Source of the DNA: a virus
Virus record (IMG/VR): IMGVR_UViG_3300045988_064337
Location: 1-38,228 of that record
Reading direction: 5' to 3' (one strand)
Length of the DNA stretch: 38,228 nucleotides
Position numbers and translations under genes: made by a program. Positions 1 through 8,789 of this stretch are shown piece by piece. Position 1 is the first letter of the stretch. The number at the start of each line of letters is the position of its first letter. The notes beneath the pieces were generated by a model. That model was not told where the DNA came from. It searched no databases and saw only the letters and a list, made by a program, of their open reading frames with translations.

Positions 1-85
1 ACGAAGGTCGTGCGGCTGCTGTCAGGCAAGAGCCTCGCGGAACTTGCAGAAGAAAAGAAGAAGGAGGCGGAGCCAAAAAAAAAAT
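1..85. repeat. Left copy of the 85-nt exact end overlap
   Basis: nt 1-85 (acgaaggtcgtgcgg...gagccaaaaaaaaaat) are identical to 38144-38228. Confidence 0.95.
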
Positions 86-255
86 CCTGCTGGCGCTGGA
101 TTATGGAGAAATTGAGGCGTTTCTGGTGGGGCAATGCCACAAGACGGAGTCCGAGGCGGGGAGAACGACCGTCAGGGAGTTTCTCCTCCTGCGTGAAGCG
201 GCCGAACAAGCCGAAAGGAGACGCTGGGAAAGAGCAAGGTGGCAGATGTTCCTGA
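1..255 (+). CDS. Tail assembly chaperone, zero-frame 3' part (the ORF begins at 37868 and continues across the circular junction)
   Basis: Frame 1 at nt 1 reads TKVVRLLSGKSLAELAEEKKKEAEPKKK, the same residues that end the open ORF at the window end. The stop is at 253-255. Confidence 0.55.
   Translation, partial: TKVVRLLSGKSLAELAEEKKKEAEPKKKSCWRWIMEKLRRFWWGNATRRSPRRGERPSGSFSSCVKRPNKPKGDAGKEQGGRCS
75..84 (+). other. A10 homopolymer; candidate -1 slippery site (A AAA AAA in the zero frame)
   Basis: The sequence is ccAAAAAAAAAAtcc. The -1 frame is open from here to 431. Confidence 0.45.
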
Positions 256-431
256 TGCTCCAGCAAAATCCCTATGTCAAGCAGAAGCCATCCACACCAG
301 CCATGTGGGTGCCTTTCGGTTGGGAGAAGGAGGCGGAACTCAAGCGTGCGCAAAGCGGAGAATGGGCAGTCAGTGACAATGAAAAAAAAGAGTTAGACGC
401 AATGTTGCAGGAATTTATCAACAGGAAATAA
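84..431 (+). CDS. -1 frame extension of the tail assembly chaperone (GT-like fusion part)
   Basis: Frame 3 is open from the A run through the listed ORF 126..431. It ends 1 nt before the tape measure ATG. The sequence is protein-like and helical/acidic. Confidence 0.5.
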   Translation: MLLALDYGEIEAFLVGQCHKTESEAGRTTVREFLLLREAAEQAERRRWERARWQMFLMLQQNPYVKQKPSTPAMWVPFGWEKEAELKRAQSGEWAVSDNEKKELDAMLQEFINRK

Positions 432-432
432 T

Positions 433-2076
433 ATGGGAAAGATAGGAGACCTCTGGGTCAAGTTGAAACTCAAGTCAGACGAGTACAAGAAGGGGCTCGA
501 CGAGGCTAAAGGAAAGACGAGAAAGTTCTCGGATGGATTGAAAAGCATGTCCAATATGGCTGTAGCAATATGGGCGGCTATAGGTGCAGCGGCAACTAAG
601 ATGGCTCTTGACTTTGTCAAGTCCTCACAGACGATCGGAGATCAATGGGATATTCTGATGACTCAGGTCTCCACTCGCTGGCAGCAGATACGCGCGGAAC
701 TGAACAGAGGCATAGCTGAAGGCGGAGTTAAAGGTTTTTTCAAGGCATTATTCTCCGACACGACGGAAGTCGATGCTATGGATGTCGGCAAGACAATGTC
801 AATGGCACAAGACGCCATGACCGAAATTGAATACGCCTTCCGAATCAACATGGCCCAAACAAAGCCTAAGCTTCACGAATTATATCTGAAGATGATGAAT
901 TCCGCTTTATCTGCTACGGATAGAGAGGCGGCGGCAACTGATTACCGCAAACAAGTGGAGAACATATACAAGCCGCGAGTTGCCGGCTTGAAAGACATAA
1001 TGGACAAAACTGTGCAGCAATATCTTGTGATTGCCGGAATGGACAAAAACAAATATAGCACAGATAAGACCATCGAGTTGATTAAGATGATGGGGTCGCA
1101 GCCGGAAAAGGTTGAAGCCCAATATAATGATTTCTTTAAAGGATATCAGAGTGTTGGTGACAAGATTTCCGGCAATCTTGTAAACACAATGGAAGCATAT
1201 TATAATGCTACCAACGAGATGAACGACATGCTGAAGCGTGCCGACCGCACGGCGCAGTCGATGGAGAAAACAGGACTTGACGACATCATCAAGAAACTGG
1301 GCGGCGCCAAGGACGACATGGCGGACTTCCGTGCCCAGGTGGCCGAAGAGGCGGAAGCAATAGCAGCCGATGACGCTTTCCAGAAGGCGGCCGACCCTCT
1401 GCTGGAGTTCGAGAATACACACTCTGAAGTGCTCGACAGATTGAACCACAAGCAGCAAGTCTTCGCTGACCTGGTTCAAGACTCGTATGCACAGGCGGCA
1501 AGAGCTGCCTATGAATATGCACAGCAGGAACAGGAGTCAATGGACCTGGCAAACGAAGCTGCAGAAACGGCAATGGAAGGACTGCAGCGGCTCGAAGACA
1601 TGTCCGTTGACATTGGAGATTACCTCGGCAACGCCTTCGCCGCGAGCGTTTCGGATAGTTTCCAGACGCTTACTGACGCTCTCACGGGCGTCAGCGACTT
1701 CGACGCCGGTACGCTTGTGACTGCTCTTCTGGAGCCGTTCGCAAACATGGCGAAGCAGCTGGGTGAATTTATGATGTCAACCGGAACGGCCATTTTGATT
1801 GCGAAGAAGTTTGCATTCACGAATCCTGCGGCAATGATAGCGGCAGGTGCAGCACTGACAGTTCTTGGCGCTGCACTGTCAAGCGGAATACAGGCTATTT
1901 CCAGTTCACTCGGCAGTGGCGGCGATGCGTCAACATCCTCCGCATCGGCAGGATCATCTACTTCAACAACCGACAGCAATGTCTCAACTGAGATGACAAT
2001 CTATGTGAAAGGCAAATTGTCAGGCAAGGACATCGTGATTTCAGGAGACAATGCCAGAAACTATTATGGAAGATAA
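433..2076 (+). CDS. Tape measure protein
   Basis: 547 aa. It follows the chaperone, is helical and Ala/Glu/Met-rich, and has a C-terminal hydrophobic/Gly-Ser-rich segment (ILIAKKFAFTNPAAMIAAGAALTVLGAALSSG). Confidence 0.8.
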   Translation: MGKIGDLWVKLKLKSDEYKKGLDEAKGKTRKFSDGLKSMSNMAVAIWAAIGAAATKMALDFVKSSQTIGDQWDILMTQVSTRWQQIRAELNRGIAEGGVKGFFKALFSDTTEVDAMDVGKTMSMAQDAMTEIEYAFRINMAQTKPKLHELYLKMMNSALSATDREAAATDYRKQVENIYKPRVAGLKDIMDKTVQQYLVIAGMDKNKYSTDKTIELIKMMGSQPEKVEAQYNDFFKGYQSVGDKISGNLVNTMEAYYNATNEMNDMLKRADRTAQSMEKTGLDDIIKKLGGAKDDMADFRAQVAEEAEAIAADDAFQKAADPLLEFENTHSEVLDRLNHKQQVFADLVQDSYAQAARAAYEYAQQEQESMDLANEAAETAMEGLQRLEDMSVDIGDYLGNAFAASVSDSFQTLTDALTGVSDFDAGTLVTALLEPFANMAKQLGEFMMSTGTAILIAKKFAFTNPAAMIAAGAALTVLGAALSSGIQAISSSLGSGGDASTSSASAGSSTSTTDSNVSTEMTIYVKGKLSGKDIVISGDNARNYYGR

Positions 2077-2078
2077 TC

Positions 2079-4400
2079 ATGGCTACATACGGACTCAAAT
2101 ACTATAAGCGCTTCACCAGCCGCAAACAGGCTGGTGAAAACGCTTTCTCGCTCGAGATCTACCAGAAGAATTATGACGGCTCCGCCCGCGTGATCGGAGA
2201 ATGGCAGGGAGTGACGCTCGAGGTGGACGGCGATGAAGACCCGGTGTCTCCTATCCAGAAGACCATCGTGAACTTCTCCATCGTTGACATGAATGATGAG
2301 CCGGACACTGCGGATGTCAAATATGGCAACTGGCAGGAGTTCTTCACGCCGGACAGCACGATGTACAAGGTCGTCATCAAGCAGGGAGACACGGCCGTCT
2401 GGAGCGGCTACACGACACCGGACAACTGGCAGGAATCGCTCAAATACCGAGGGGCAATCACCATAACCGCACGTGACAACATCGGGCATCTTCAGGACTT
2501 CGAGTTCGACCTTCAGGCAGGAGACGGCGGCACGGCCACACTCGGCGACCTGCTGAATGCCGCCTTCCAGAAGATAGATTTCCCGATGGGCATCGTGAAA
2601 CTGCTTGACTTGTCACAACTTGACAATCTTGACGAGCCGCACGATTACCAGGACATAACATTCGGAGAAGGCACGACTCTCTCAGACTTGAGGATAAACG
2701 TCCTCGCGTTTGAGGGCAAAGACTGGTATGATGTCCTCGAGCAGGTGATGTCCTCGCTGGGGCTCTGCTTCCGCTACATCGGGAACAACCGGTGCCTTGT
2801 GACATATCTCCGTTACCTGCCATTCCTCGGTCACCTCAAGCGCAACGGCATACCACTTCAGAACGTCATTTTCCTCGGCGGCGGCACGCGGACTCTTTCC
2901 CCGGCATACAAGCAGATCATCGACAAGATGGAGTTTGACTTTGACGAGGAAGCGGTCTTCGATGCAGGCGAAAACCTGCAGCTGTCGTCCTCGTCAACGA
3001 CATACCTGACGAACATCTGGACGAACAACACGGCCTCCAACATGCGTCCTGCGCCGGCAAGCGTGCAGATAAATGGTGCGATTTCGGAGAATGACGGTAA
3101 GGCGTCTACAGGATGGAAGACAGGCAACGGATTCGCACCGACCGACGGGCGGAAATCGTCAGTCATTGACCTTGAACACACGGCGCTTCTGGCGGCAAAC
3201 GAAAGCACTCCTTCATCCGTTTTTGTCTATAACATCAATGCCCTGCTTCCAGGGCTCAGCGGCACTCTCGAGGTGCAGCTCGGCGAATATCCTGTCATAT
3301 ATGCCGGCGGCCGAAGTCTCGAAACCGAATACCGGTTCTTGTCGCGCTCGACGACGGGTGGAGGATCAGGATCCGTACAGAGGGTGGACTTCACGCCGAG
3401 ATTGTTGTCATTCAAGTATAGCATTCAATACACTACCCTTGACGGCACAACTTATTACAAGGCTGATGCAGGATGGCAGAAGACCAGCGCAACGCTCACA
3501 TACAACAACGAGGACGGCAAGGGGATGTCATCTGTTTCGTTCAACCTGCAGGCAACCTCGACAGTGGCCGAGCGTGAACTGCTTACAAAGCCAGGGCGAT
3601 TGACGTTTGTCATCGCTGAAATCAACTTCGTCATCGGTGACACGACCATCCTCTCAACTCCGCAAGGCTGCGGAATATATCTCGCAGTTACCGGATTTTC
3701 GCTGATAGCGGAAACAGCCGGGAAACTGGAAAGCGACACGACTACGACAATCAATGATGAGACGTTCAACATGACCAATTCTCGCTCTCCTGAATTGGGC
3801 TTCATAACGCGCAACGTCGATTGGCAAACGCCGCAGAACTACGGCAATGCTTTCTATGCACTGCGGAACGACGGGGTGGTCGCGCCTGTCCTGAGCACGA
3901 CCACATGGGGCAAGGCCAAGGCTCCGTTCGCGGCATTCATGGCGAAGCAGGTTCTGCAGTACCACCAATCGCCTATGGAGATCCTGGACGGCGATTGCAT
4001 GCCGTCTCGGGCCGGAATGTGGGATTATTCCGCCACGCTGCAATACATCAACCACAACTATCTTCTGCAGGGCGGCACTTATGATTTCATTTCCGGAGTC
4101 ATGACGGGTGCAAGGCTGCGCGAGTTCGAGTTTTATGAAGACCTGTGGGATGATGAGAGCGGCGGCGGAAGTACCGGTGTGTCATACACTGCGACACTCG
4201 TCAGTGCCGGCAGCAACAAGACACTTGTCATCAATGCTTTGAGGAATAGCGCTGGTCTCTCACTGAAGGATGCGAAGACGATAGCGGACAATGCTCCTGC
4301 CGTCATCGGCAGCAACTACACGAAGAACCAGGCAGACAACATCAAGACGGCTGTCGAGGCTGCGGGCGGCTCGGTTACGATAACGAAGAATAACTCATAA
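2079..4400 (+). CDS. Tail tip/baseplate protein with a C-terminal ribosomal protein bL12 (L7/L12) CTD-like domain
   Basis: 773 aa, directly downstream of the tape measure gene. The last ~75 aa, YTATLVSAGSNKTLVINALRNSAGLSLKDAKTIADNAPAVIGSNYTKNQADNIKTAVEAAGGSVTITK, align with the bL12 CTD pattern AG.NK..VIK.VR...[10 protein letters not shown]..AP.. Confidence 0.7.
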   Translation: MATYGLKYYKRFTSRKQAGENAFSLEIYQKNYDGSARVIGEWQGVTLEVDGDEDPVSPIQKTIVNFSIVDMNDEPDTADVKYGNWQEFFTPDSTMYKVVIKQGDTAVWSGYTTPDNWQESLKYRGAITITARDNIGHLQDFEFDLQAGDGGTATLGDLLNAAFQKIDFPMGIVKLLDLSQLDNLDEPHDYQDITFGEGTTLSDLRINVLAFEGKDWYDVLEQVMSSLGLCFRYIGNNRCLVTYLRYLPFLGHLKRNGIPLQNVIFLGGGTRTLSPAYKQIIDKMEFDFDEEAVFDAGENLQLSSSSTTYLTNIWTNNTASNMRPAPASVQINGAISENDGKASTGWKTGNGFAPTDGRKSSVIDLEHTALLAANESTPSSVFVYNINALLPGLSGTLEVQLGEYPVIYAGGRSLETEYRFLSRSTTGGGSGSVQRVDFTPRLLSFKYSIQYTTLDGTTYYKADAGWQKTSATLTYNNEDGKGMSSVSFNLQATSTVAERELLTKPGRLTFVIAEINFVIGDTTILSTPQGCGIYLAVTGFSLIAETAGKLESDTTTTINDETFNMTNSRSPELGFITRNVDWQTPQNYGNAFYALRNDGVVAPVLSTTTWGKAKAPFAAFMAKQVLQYHQSPMEILDGDCMPSRAGMWDYSATLQYINHNYLLQGGTYDFISGVMTGARLREFEFYEDLWDDESGGGSTGVSYTATLVSAGSNKTLVINALRNSAGLSLKDAKTIADNAPAVIGSNYTKNQADNIKTAVEAAGGSVTITKNNS

Positions 4401-4410
4401 CATAATCAAC

Positions 4411-7302
4411 ATGGCTAATTTGAGAAAAATACGAATCGGCACGGACATAACCATTGCGCTGTCCGTGAATGTCTCCGGACAGCCGGTGACATGGAAAGAT
4501 GGCGACATCCGCCATGTGTACGCCTTTTCAGACGTTCAGGGGCAACCTGTTGCGGAAATGGCGCACAAGGCTGACGGGCAGACGCTGCGCTGCACCTACG
4601 CAGCGAAAGACCAGAACTACACGGGCGCCTTTCGCGTGATAGTCGAGTTCGCGAGCGGGGAGGCTTTCTCCTCCTCGCTGGACGTTCCGGCATTCGAAAT
4701 TGTCAGGACTACGGAAGAAGCGGATGCGGACACAGGCGAGGTCGTTCTGGACATTGACGGCACTATGCGCTTCTATTCATTGTCAGAAGCATTCGCCAAG
4801 ATTGAGGCTGCAACGAAAGCGGCCACCGATGCGGCAGCGGCAGCGGACAGATCCGCCGGCAATGCGGATTCGAAAGCAAAAGCAGCCAACGATGCGGCGG
4901 AAAGAGCCAATGCGGCAGCACAGGCGGCAGGGATGACGAACTCAGGCATCGCAAAGGCAGAGGAGAAGCGCGTCAATGCCGAAAACGCACGAAAAGAGGC
5001 TGAACTGGCACGTTCTAAGGCTGAGGCGGCAAGAGCCTCGGCAGAGGACAAACGCGCCGAATCAGAAGCAAAAAGGGCGGAAGCAGAGACACGGAGAGCA
5101 GCCGGCGAGCAGTCTCGTGTGACCGCCGAAACTGGCCGTGTCAATGCGGAATCTGCAAGGGTGAAGGCGGAAAGCGCAAGAGCCAATGCCGAAGCGACAA
5201 GAGCGGCAAACGAGGAGCAGCGGAAGAAGAATGAAAGAGCAAGGACATCGGCAGAGGATGTCCGCGTGGAAGCGGAAAAAGGAAGGGTGGCCGCTGAATC
5301 AGCACGTGTGACAGAGTTCACACGCCTAAAGACTGAATCAGAGACAGCGACAAAGAATGCCACCGATGCAGCAGAGGAGGCTAAAGAAGTGTCCTCCGGC
5401 GTCGCGGCGCTTGAGCGCGACCTCGGCCAGTATGCGGAACTTCCGTCAGTTGCAATGACTGCGGAGACCACAGGCAAGTATATCAATGCTGACGGCGAGT
5501 TCGTGGACGACGCGGACTTCAACATCGCGGCCATCGGCGCGGTGGTGGTAGGCAACACCTACGAGCTGTATATGGGCAGCGCCGCCAAGATGAAGCTGGG
5601 CGTGGCTCTCTTCGTCGCACGAATCAAGACCACGACCACATCCGGCACTGAAAGGATTGAATACGTGCCGCTGTTCTCGGCAATGAGCACCGACATACCT
5701 ACGAGTGGATACGTCTGCTTTGAGGCAATGGAGGCTTACTCGGACGTGCTCGTCTGCTATCGTGCCGACGTGCCGGAGGCTGCGACGTTGCTTGTCCGCC
5801 GCTATGGAACAAAGGCGTCCATCGCAACACAAATCAACAACCTGCGGAAGAAGGTCGACCTCAAGTCATTCGCAGACGGATACTACGAATCAATGCGTGT
5901 CGGCACGGCTGACAACCTCACGTCAAAGGGTGATGCGACCGAGGAAGTCATCACGTCTCGCAGGGCTGGAGGAGACAACCAGATTGAGGACGGAAGCGCG
6001 AGCATCAAGAGGATAAAGGGGTATAGCGTGGTGATGAACCAGGTATTCAACAAGGAGAACCTTTCGACGGAACAGGTCTCGATTGAACAACAAGGAGATA
6101 ATATACTGAAGTTTACGCCGACGGGGGCTGCCGCTGAAGCGGGGAGCCAGAATTGGAGTTCTGGTTGGGCGAGAACTTCTAATGACCTGATAATAGGGCA
6201 CATCTATTACTATTCATTGATATATACAAGAATAGCCAAAAGGTCTGATATTGGAGACTTTAATCCCAATCAAGTGTTCATGTTGGCTTTTGGTGTAAAC
6301 TATAATCTTGAATTTGGAAAACCTACCCTTTTGCGTAATGTAACAAAAGCGACAGATACTGTTCTTGGCGTGACCCTCAATGATTGCATCGTCTCTATTG
6401 AGAACATGCAGACCATCGACCTCACCCAGATGTTCGGCAGCGGCAACGAGCCTTCAACACCAGACGACTTCGCAAAGCGCCTCGGCTATTCAAGAATTGA
6501 CGACGTGCCTTATATCCCTTACAACGAGGGGGAAATCGTGTCGTCATTCGCCGAGGGAATCAAGACCACCGACACAGAGGGTAAAGTCAGTGAAAGGAAG
6601 TGGAGCGAGACTCTGAAGAAATATTTCCCTGACGGGCTGAAGTCTGCCGGTTCCGCGTTTGACGAGATTACTCCGACGAAGGCGGTAAAGAGGATTGGCG
6701 CAGTGAATCTTGGAGATATTGCTTGGGGCCAAGGGGGGGCAAACAAGCGGACATCTTGGGTTCCAGACGTATTTAACTTAAAAGGAACTGCCGTTTTGCC
6801 AACTTCAATATACGAAGTTTCGAACATCAAAAACAATATATATATCACGAATAACTCGCATATTGTTGAGAATCAAATCCAAGATAAGGCGATATGCCTT
6901 AACCAGAACGGCTGGATTTATATCTACGATTCCACCTACGAAACAGCCACGCCTGAGCAGTTCAAGCAGTCGCTGCAAGGCGTCATGCTATACTACGAGA
7001 TGGCCACGCCGGAAGAGACAGCCTACGACGAACTGAACCTCACGGAGCAGGTCGCAGAAGGCGGAACGGAGGAGGCGATAATCACCGAAGGCAAGACATC
7101 AACGCCTCTGCGAGCTGATATTGTCTATCCTATCGACGCCTACAACACCATCAAGGCGAACAAGACGAACATCGGCACATTGTCGAGCCTGAACACCGAA
7201 AGCAAGACTGACCTCGTTTCTGCAATCAACGAGTTGGTAGGCAAGGTCGGAGCGCTTGAAGCTAAGGCAAAGGAATCAGTAACCAACGAAGCAACGGAAT
7301 AA
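4411..7302 (+). CDS. Tail fibre / receptor-binding protein with a long Ala/Glu/Arg coiled-coil stalk
   Basis: 963 aa in the tail module. The stalk repeats read AExAR(V/A)xAE. The C-terminal motif is TDLVSAINELVGKVGALE. Confidence 0.7.
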   Translation: MANLRKIRIGTDITIALSVNVSGQPVTWKDGDIRHVYAFSDVQGQPVAEMAHKADGQTLRCTYAAKDQNYTGAFRVIVEFASGEAFSSSLDVPAFEIVRTTEEADADTGEVVLDIDGTMRFYSLSEAFAKIEAATKAATDAAAAADRSAGNADSKAKAANDAAERANAAAQAAGMTNSGIAKAEEKRVNAENARKEAELARSKAEAARASAEDKRAESEAKRAEAETRRAAGEQSRVTAETGRVNAESARVKAESARANAEATRAANEEQRKKNERARTSAEDVRVEAEKGRVAAESARVTEFTRLKTESETATKNATDAAEEAKEVSSGVAALERDLGQYAELPSVAMTAETTGKYINADGEFVDDADFNIAAIGAVVVGNTYELYMGSAAKMKLGVALFVARIKTTTTSGTERIEYVPLFSAMSTDIPTSGYVCFEAMEAYSDVLVCYRADVPEAATLLVRRYGTKASIATQINNLRKKVDLKSFADGYYESMRVGTADNLTSKGDATEEVITSRRAGGDNQIEDGSASIKRIKGYSVVMNQVFNKENLSTEQVSIEQQGDNILKFTPTGAAAEAGSQNWSSGWARTSNDLIIGHIYYYSLIYTRIAKRSDIGDFNPNQVFMLAFGVNYNLEFGKPTLLRNVTKATDTVLGVTLNDCIVSIENMQTIDLTQMFGSGNEPSTPDDFAKRLGYSRIDDVPYIPYNEGEIVSSFAEGIKTTDTEGKVSERKWSETLKKYFPDGLKSAGSAFDEITPTKAVKRIGAVNLGDIAWGQGGANKRTSWVPDVFNLKGTAVLPTSIYEVSNIKNNIYITNNSHIVENQIQDKAICLNQNGWIYIYDSTYETATPEQFKQSLQGVMLYYEMATPEETAYDELNLTEQVAEGGTEEAIITEGKTSTPLRADIVYPIDAYNTIKANKTNIGTLSSLNTESKTDLVSAINELVGKVGALEAKAKESVTNEATE

Positions 7303-7303
7303 T

Positions 7304-7462
7304 ATGAACAGGATGAACATTGAAGGAGTGAGGGAGGGCTATGTAAGGCTCTCCTCTCCAAACGGAATAATCGACACGCGCAACGGCGATATTTTCGCGG
7401 AAGTGATTGTCAAGGAAAAGAGCGCGAAGTGGTTCAAGGATGTAGAGGACAAGGAGGGATAG
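7304..7462 (+). CDS. Small hypothetical protein (52 aa, below the ORF-track cutoff)
   Basis: ATG at 7304 lies 1 nt after the fibre stop. TAG at 7460-7462 lies 1 nt before the holin ATG. Translation: MNRMNIEGVREGYVRLSSPNGIIDTRNGDIFAEVIVKEKSAKWFKDVEDKEG. Confidence 0.4.
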   Translation: MNRMNIEGVREGYVRLSSPNGIIDTRNGDIFAEVIVKEKSAKWFKDVEDKEG

Positions 7463-7463
7463 G

Positions 7464-7931
7464 ATGGACGAGATAATCAAATCACTTAATCTCCCTGACG
7501 GACTGAGCCGGGGAATTATGATAGCCTTCCTGCTCTGCGTGCTTGTCTGCGCAGCTGCGCTGATTGACATGTGGACCGGAATTGACGCGGCAAAAACGAA
7601 CAAGGAAAAGATTATGAGCCACGGACTTCGTAAGACTGTGAGGAAGATTATAGACTATCTGAGGATTGTATATTTCTTCCTGCTCATTGACATGCTCGGA
7701 GCTGTATTCACGTGGTATAGCCTGCCTTATTGTGCGATTTTAGCGACTTTAGGCGTACTGCTTATCGAAGGGCGTTCAGTTATTGAGAACTCCAAGAAAA
7801 AGAAGAGCGCGGCAGGCAGGGTTGTTGACGTCGTTCAGGAGATTATCTCCTGTGTGGACAGCGAGAAGGCACAGAAGGTTATAGAGATGATTAAGGAAGA
7901 GCCGAAGCACAACATAGGAAATAAAGAATAA
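7464..7931 (+). CDS. Holin
   Basis: Three hydrophobic segments, a basic C-terminus, and an AAGGAGG-like RBS. Its stop overlaps the endolysin start (TAATG). Confidence 0.7.
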   Translation: MDEIIKSLNLPDGLSRGIMIAFLLCVLVCAAALIDMWTGIDAAKTNKEKIMSHGLRKTVRKIIDYLRIVYFFLLIDMLGAVFTWYSLPYCAILATLGVLLIEGRSVIENSKKKKSAAGRVVDVVQEIISCVDSEKAQKVIEMIKEEPKHNIGNKE

Positions 7932-8566
7932 TGACAACAATTACAAGTGACACATTGCGGAAGATTTATCCGCTGTCTAAAAACATTGAAAGGTACGCGG
8001 TGGCACTGGACAAGGCGATGCAGGAGTGCGGCATTGACACTGCTGCAAGGGCGAGGACCTTCCTCGCACAGGTCGGCCACGAATCGGCGCAACTGAACCG
8101 CGTCGAGGAGAATCTGAAGTATTCGGCACAGGCGCTGAGAAAGGTGTTCCCGAAGTATTTTCCGACCCAGCAGGAGGCTGTGATGTACGCATACCATCCT
8201 GAGCAGATAGCCAACCGCGTCTATGCTAACCGAATTGGCAACGGCAATGAAAAGAGCGGCGACGGGTGGAAGTTCCGAGGCCGCGGACTGATTCAGATTA
8301 CAGGCAGAGACAACTACGTGGCGATGTCAGCGCTGATGGGAAAGGACTTGACCGTCTGGCCCGATGCACTTCTGATGCCGCTGGATGCCTGCCGCTCTGC
8401 TGCCTTATGGTGGAAGACAAACGGCCTGAACACATTGGCGGACAAACTTTCAGAAGCCAGAGAACGCAAGACCTTCGAGGCAATCACCAAGAGGGTAAAT
8501 GGTGGTATGAACGGCATTGACGACAGATGGGAGATTTACCAGAGGGCTAAAGCGGCAATCGTGTGA
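7931..8566 (+). CDS. Endolysin, glycoside hydrolase family 19 (chitinase-like lysozyme)
   Basis: Motifs FLAQVGHESAQL and FRGRGLIQITGRDNY. Confidence 0.9.
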   Translation: MTTITSDTLRKIYPLSKNIERYAVALDKAMQECGIDTAARARTFLAQVGHESAQLNRVEENLKYSAQALRKVFPKYFPTQQEAVMYAYHPEQIANRVYANRIGNGNEKSGDGWKFRGRGLIQITGRDNYVAMSALMGKDLTVWPDALLMPLDACRSAALWWKTNGLNTLADKLSEARERKTFEAITKRVNGGMNGIDDRWEIYQRAKAAIV

Positions 8567-8616
8567 CCAAAAACGGGAAGCGCCTTCCTACGACGCTCCC
8601 CGATAACGAGTATCTA

Positions 8617-8739
8617 TTAGTGCTTTATCCAGAGCCTGAACACTTTGCTATGCTTCGGATAGATGCGCACGCCGTTCTTGGTTATATACGTACAATAGAT
8701 ATAATGCCCGTTTGGCTGTTTTTTCGCTGAACTCATCAT
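8617..8739 (-). CDS. Small basic protein (40 aa): MMSSAKKQPNGHYIYCTYITKNGVRIYPKHSKVFRLWIKH
   Basis: On the minus strand, AAGGAGG lies 5 nt upstream of ATGATG, and the stop is TAA. It is below the ORF-track cutoff. Confidence 0.4.
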   Translation of the reverse strand: MMSSAKKQPNGHYIYCTYITKNGVRIYPKHSKVFRLWIKH

Positions 8740-8789
8740 TAACACCTCCTTTTTGTTTGAGAATTAAGATTTTTGCCCTTCCTACGAGG

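Noticed and set aside
4773-5558. 261-aa minus-strand ORF (Ala/Ser-rich) antisense to the fibre gene
   Set aside because: It is a mirror image of the GCN/GAR-periodic coiled-coil repeats. The sequence is low-complexity and has no independent signals. The + strand fibre ORF is continuous over 963 aa.
4411-7302. Diversity-generating retroelement targeting the fibre
   Set aside because: No reverse transcriptase gene is present, and I could not find a template repeat matching the fibre C-terminus anywhere in the window.
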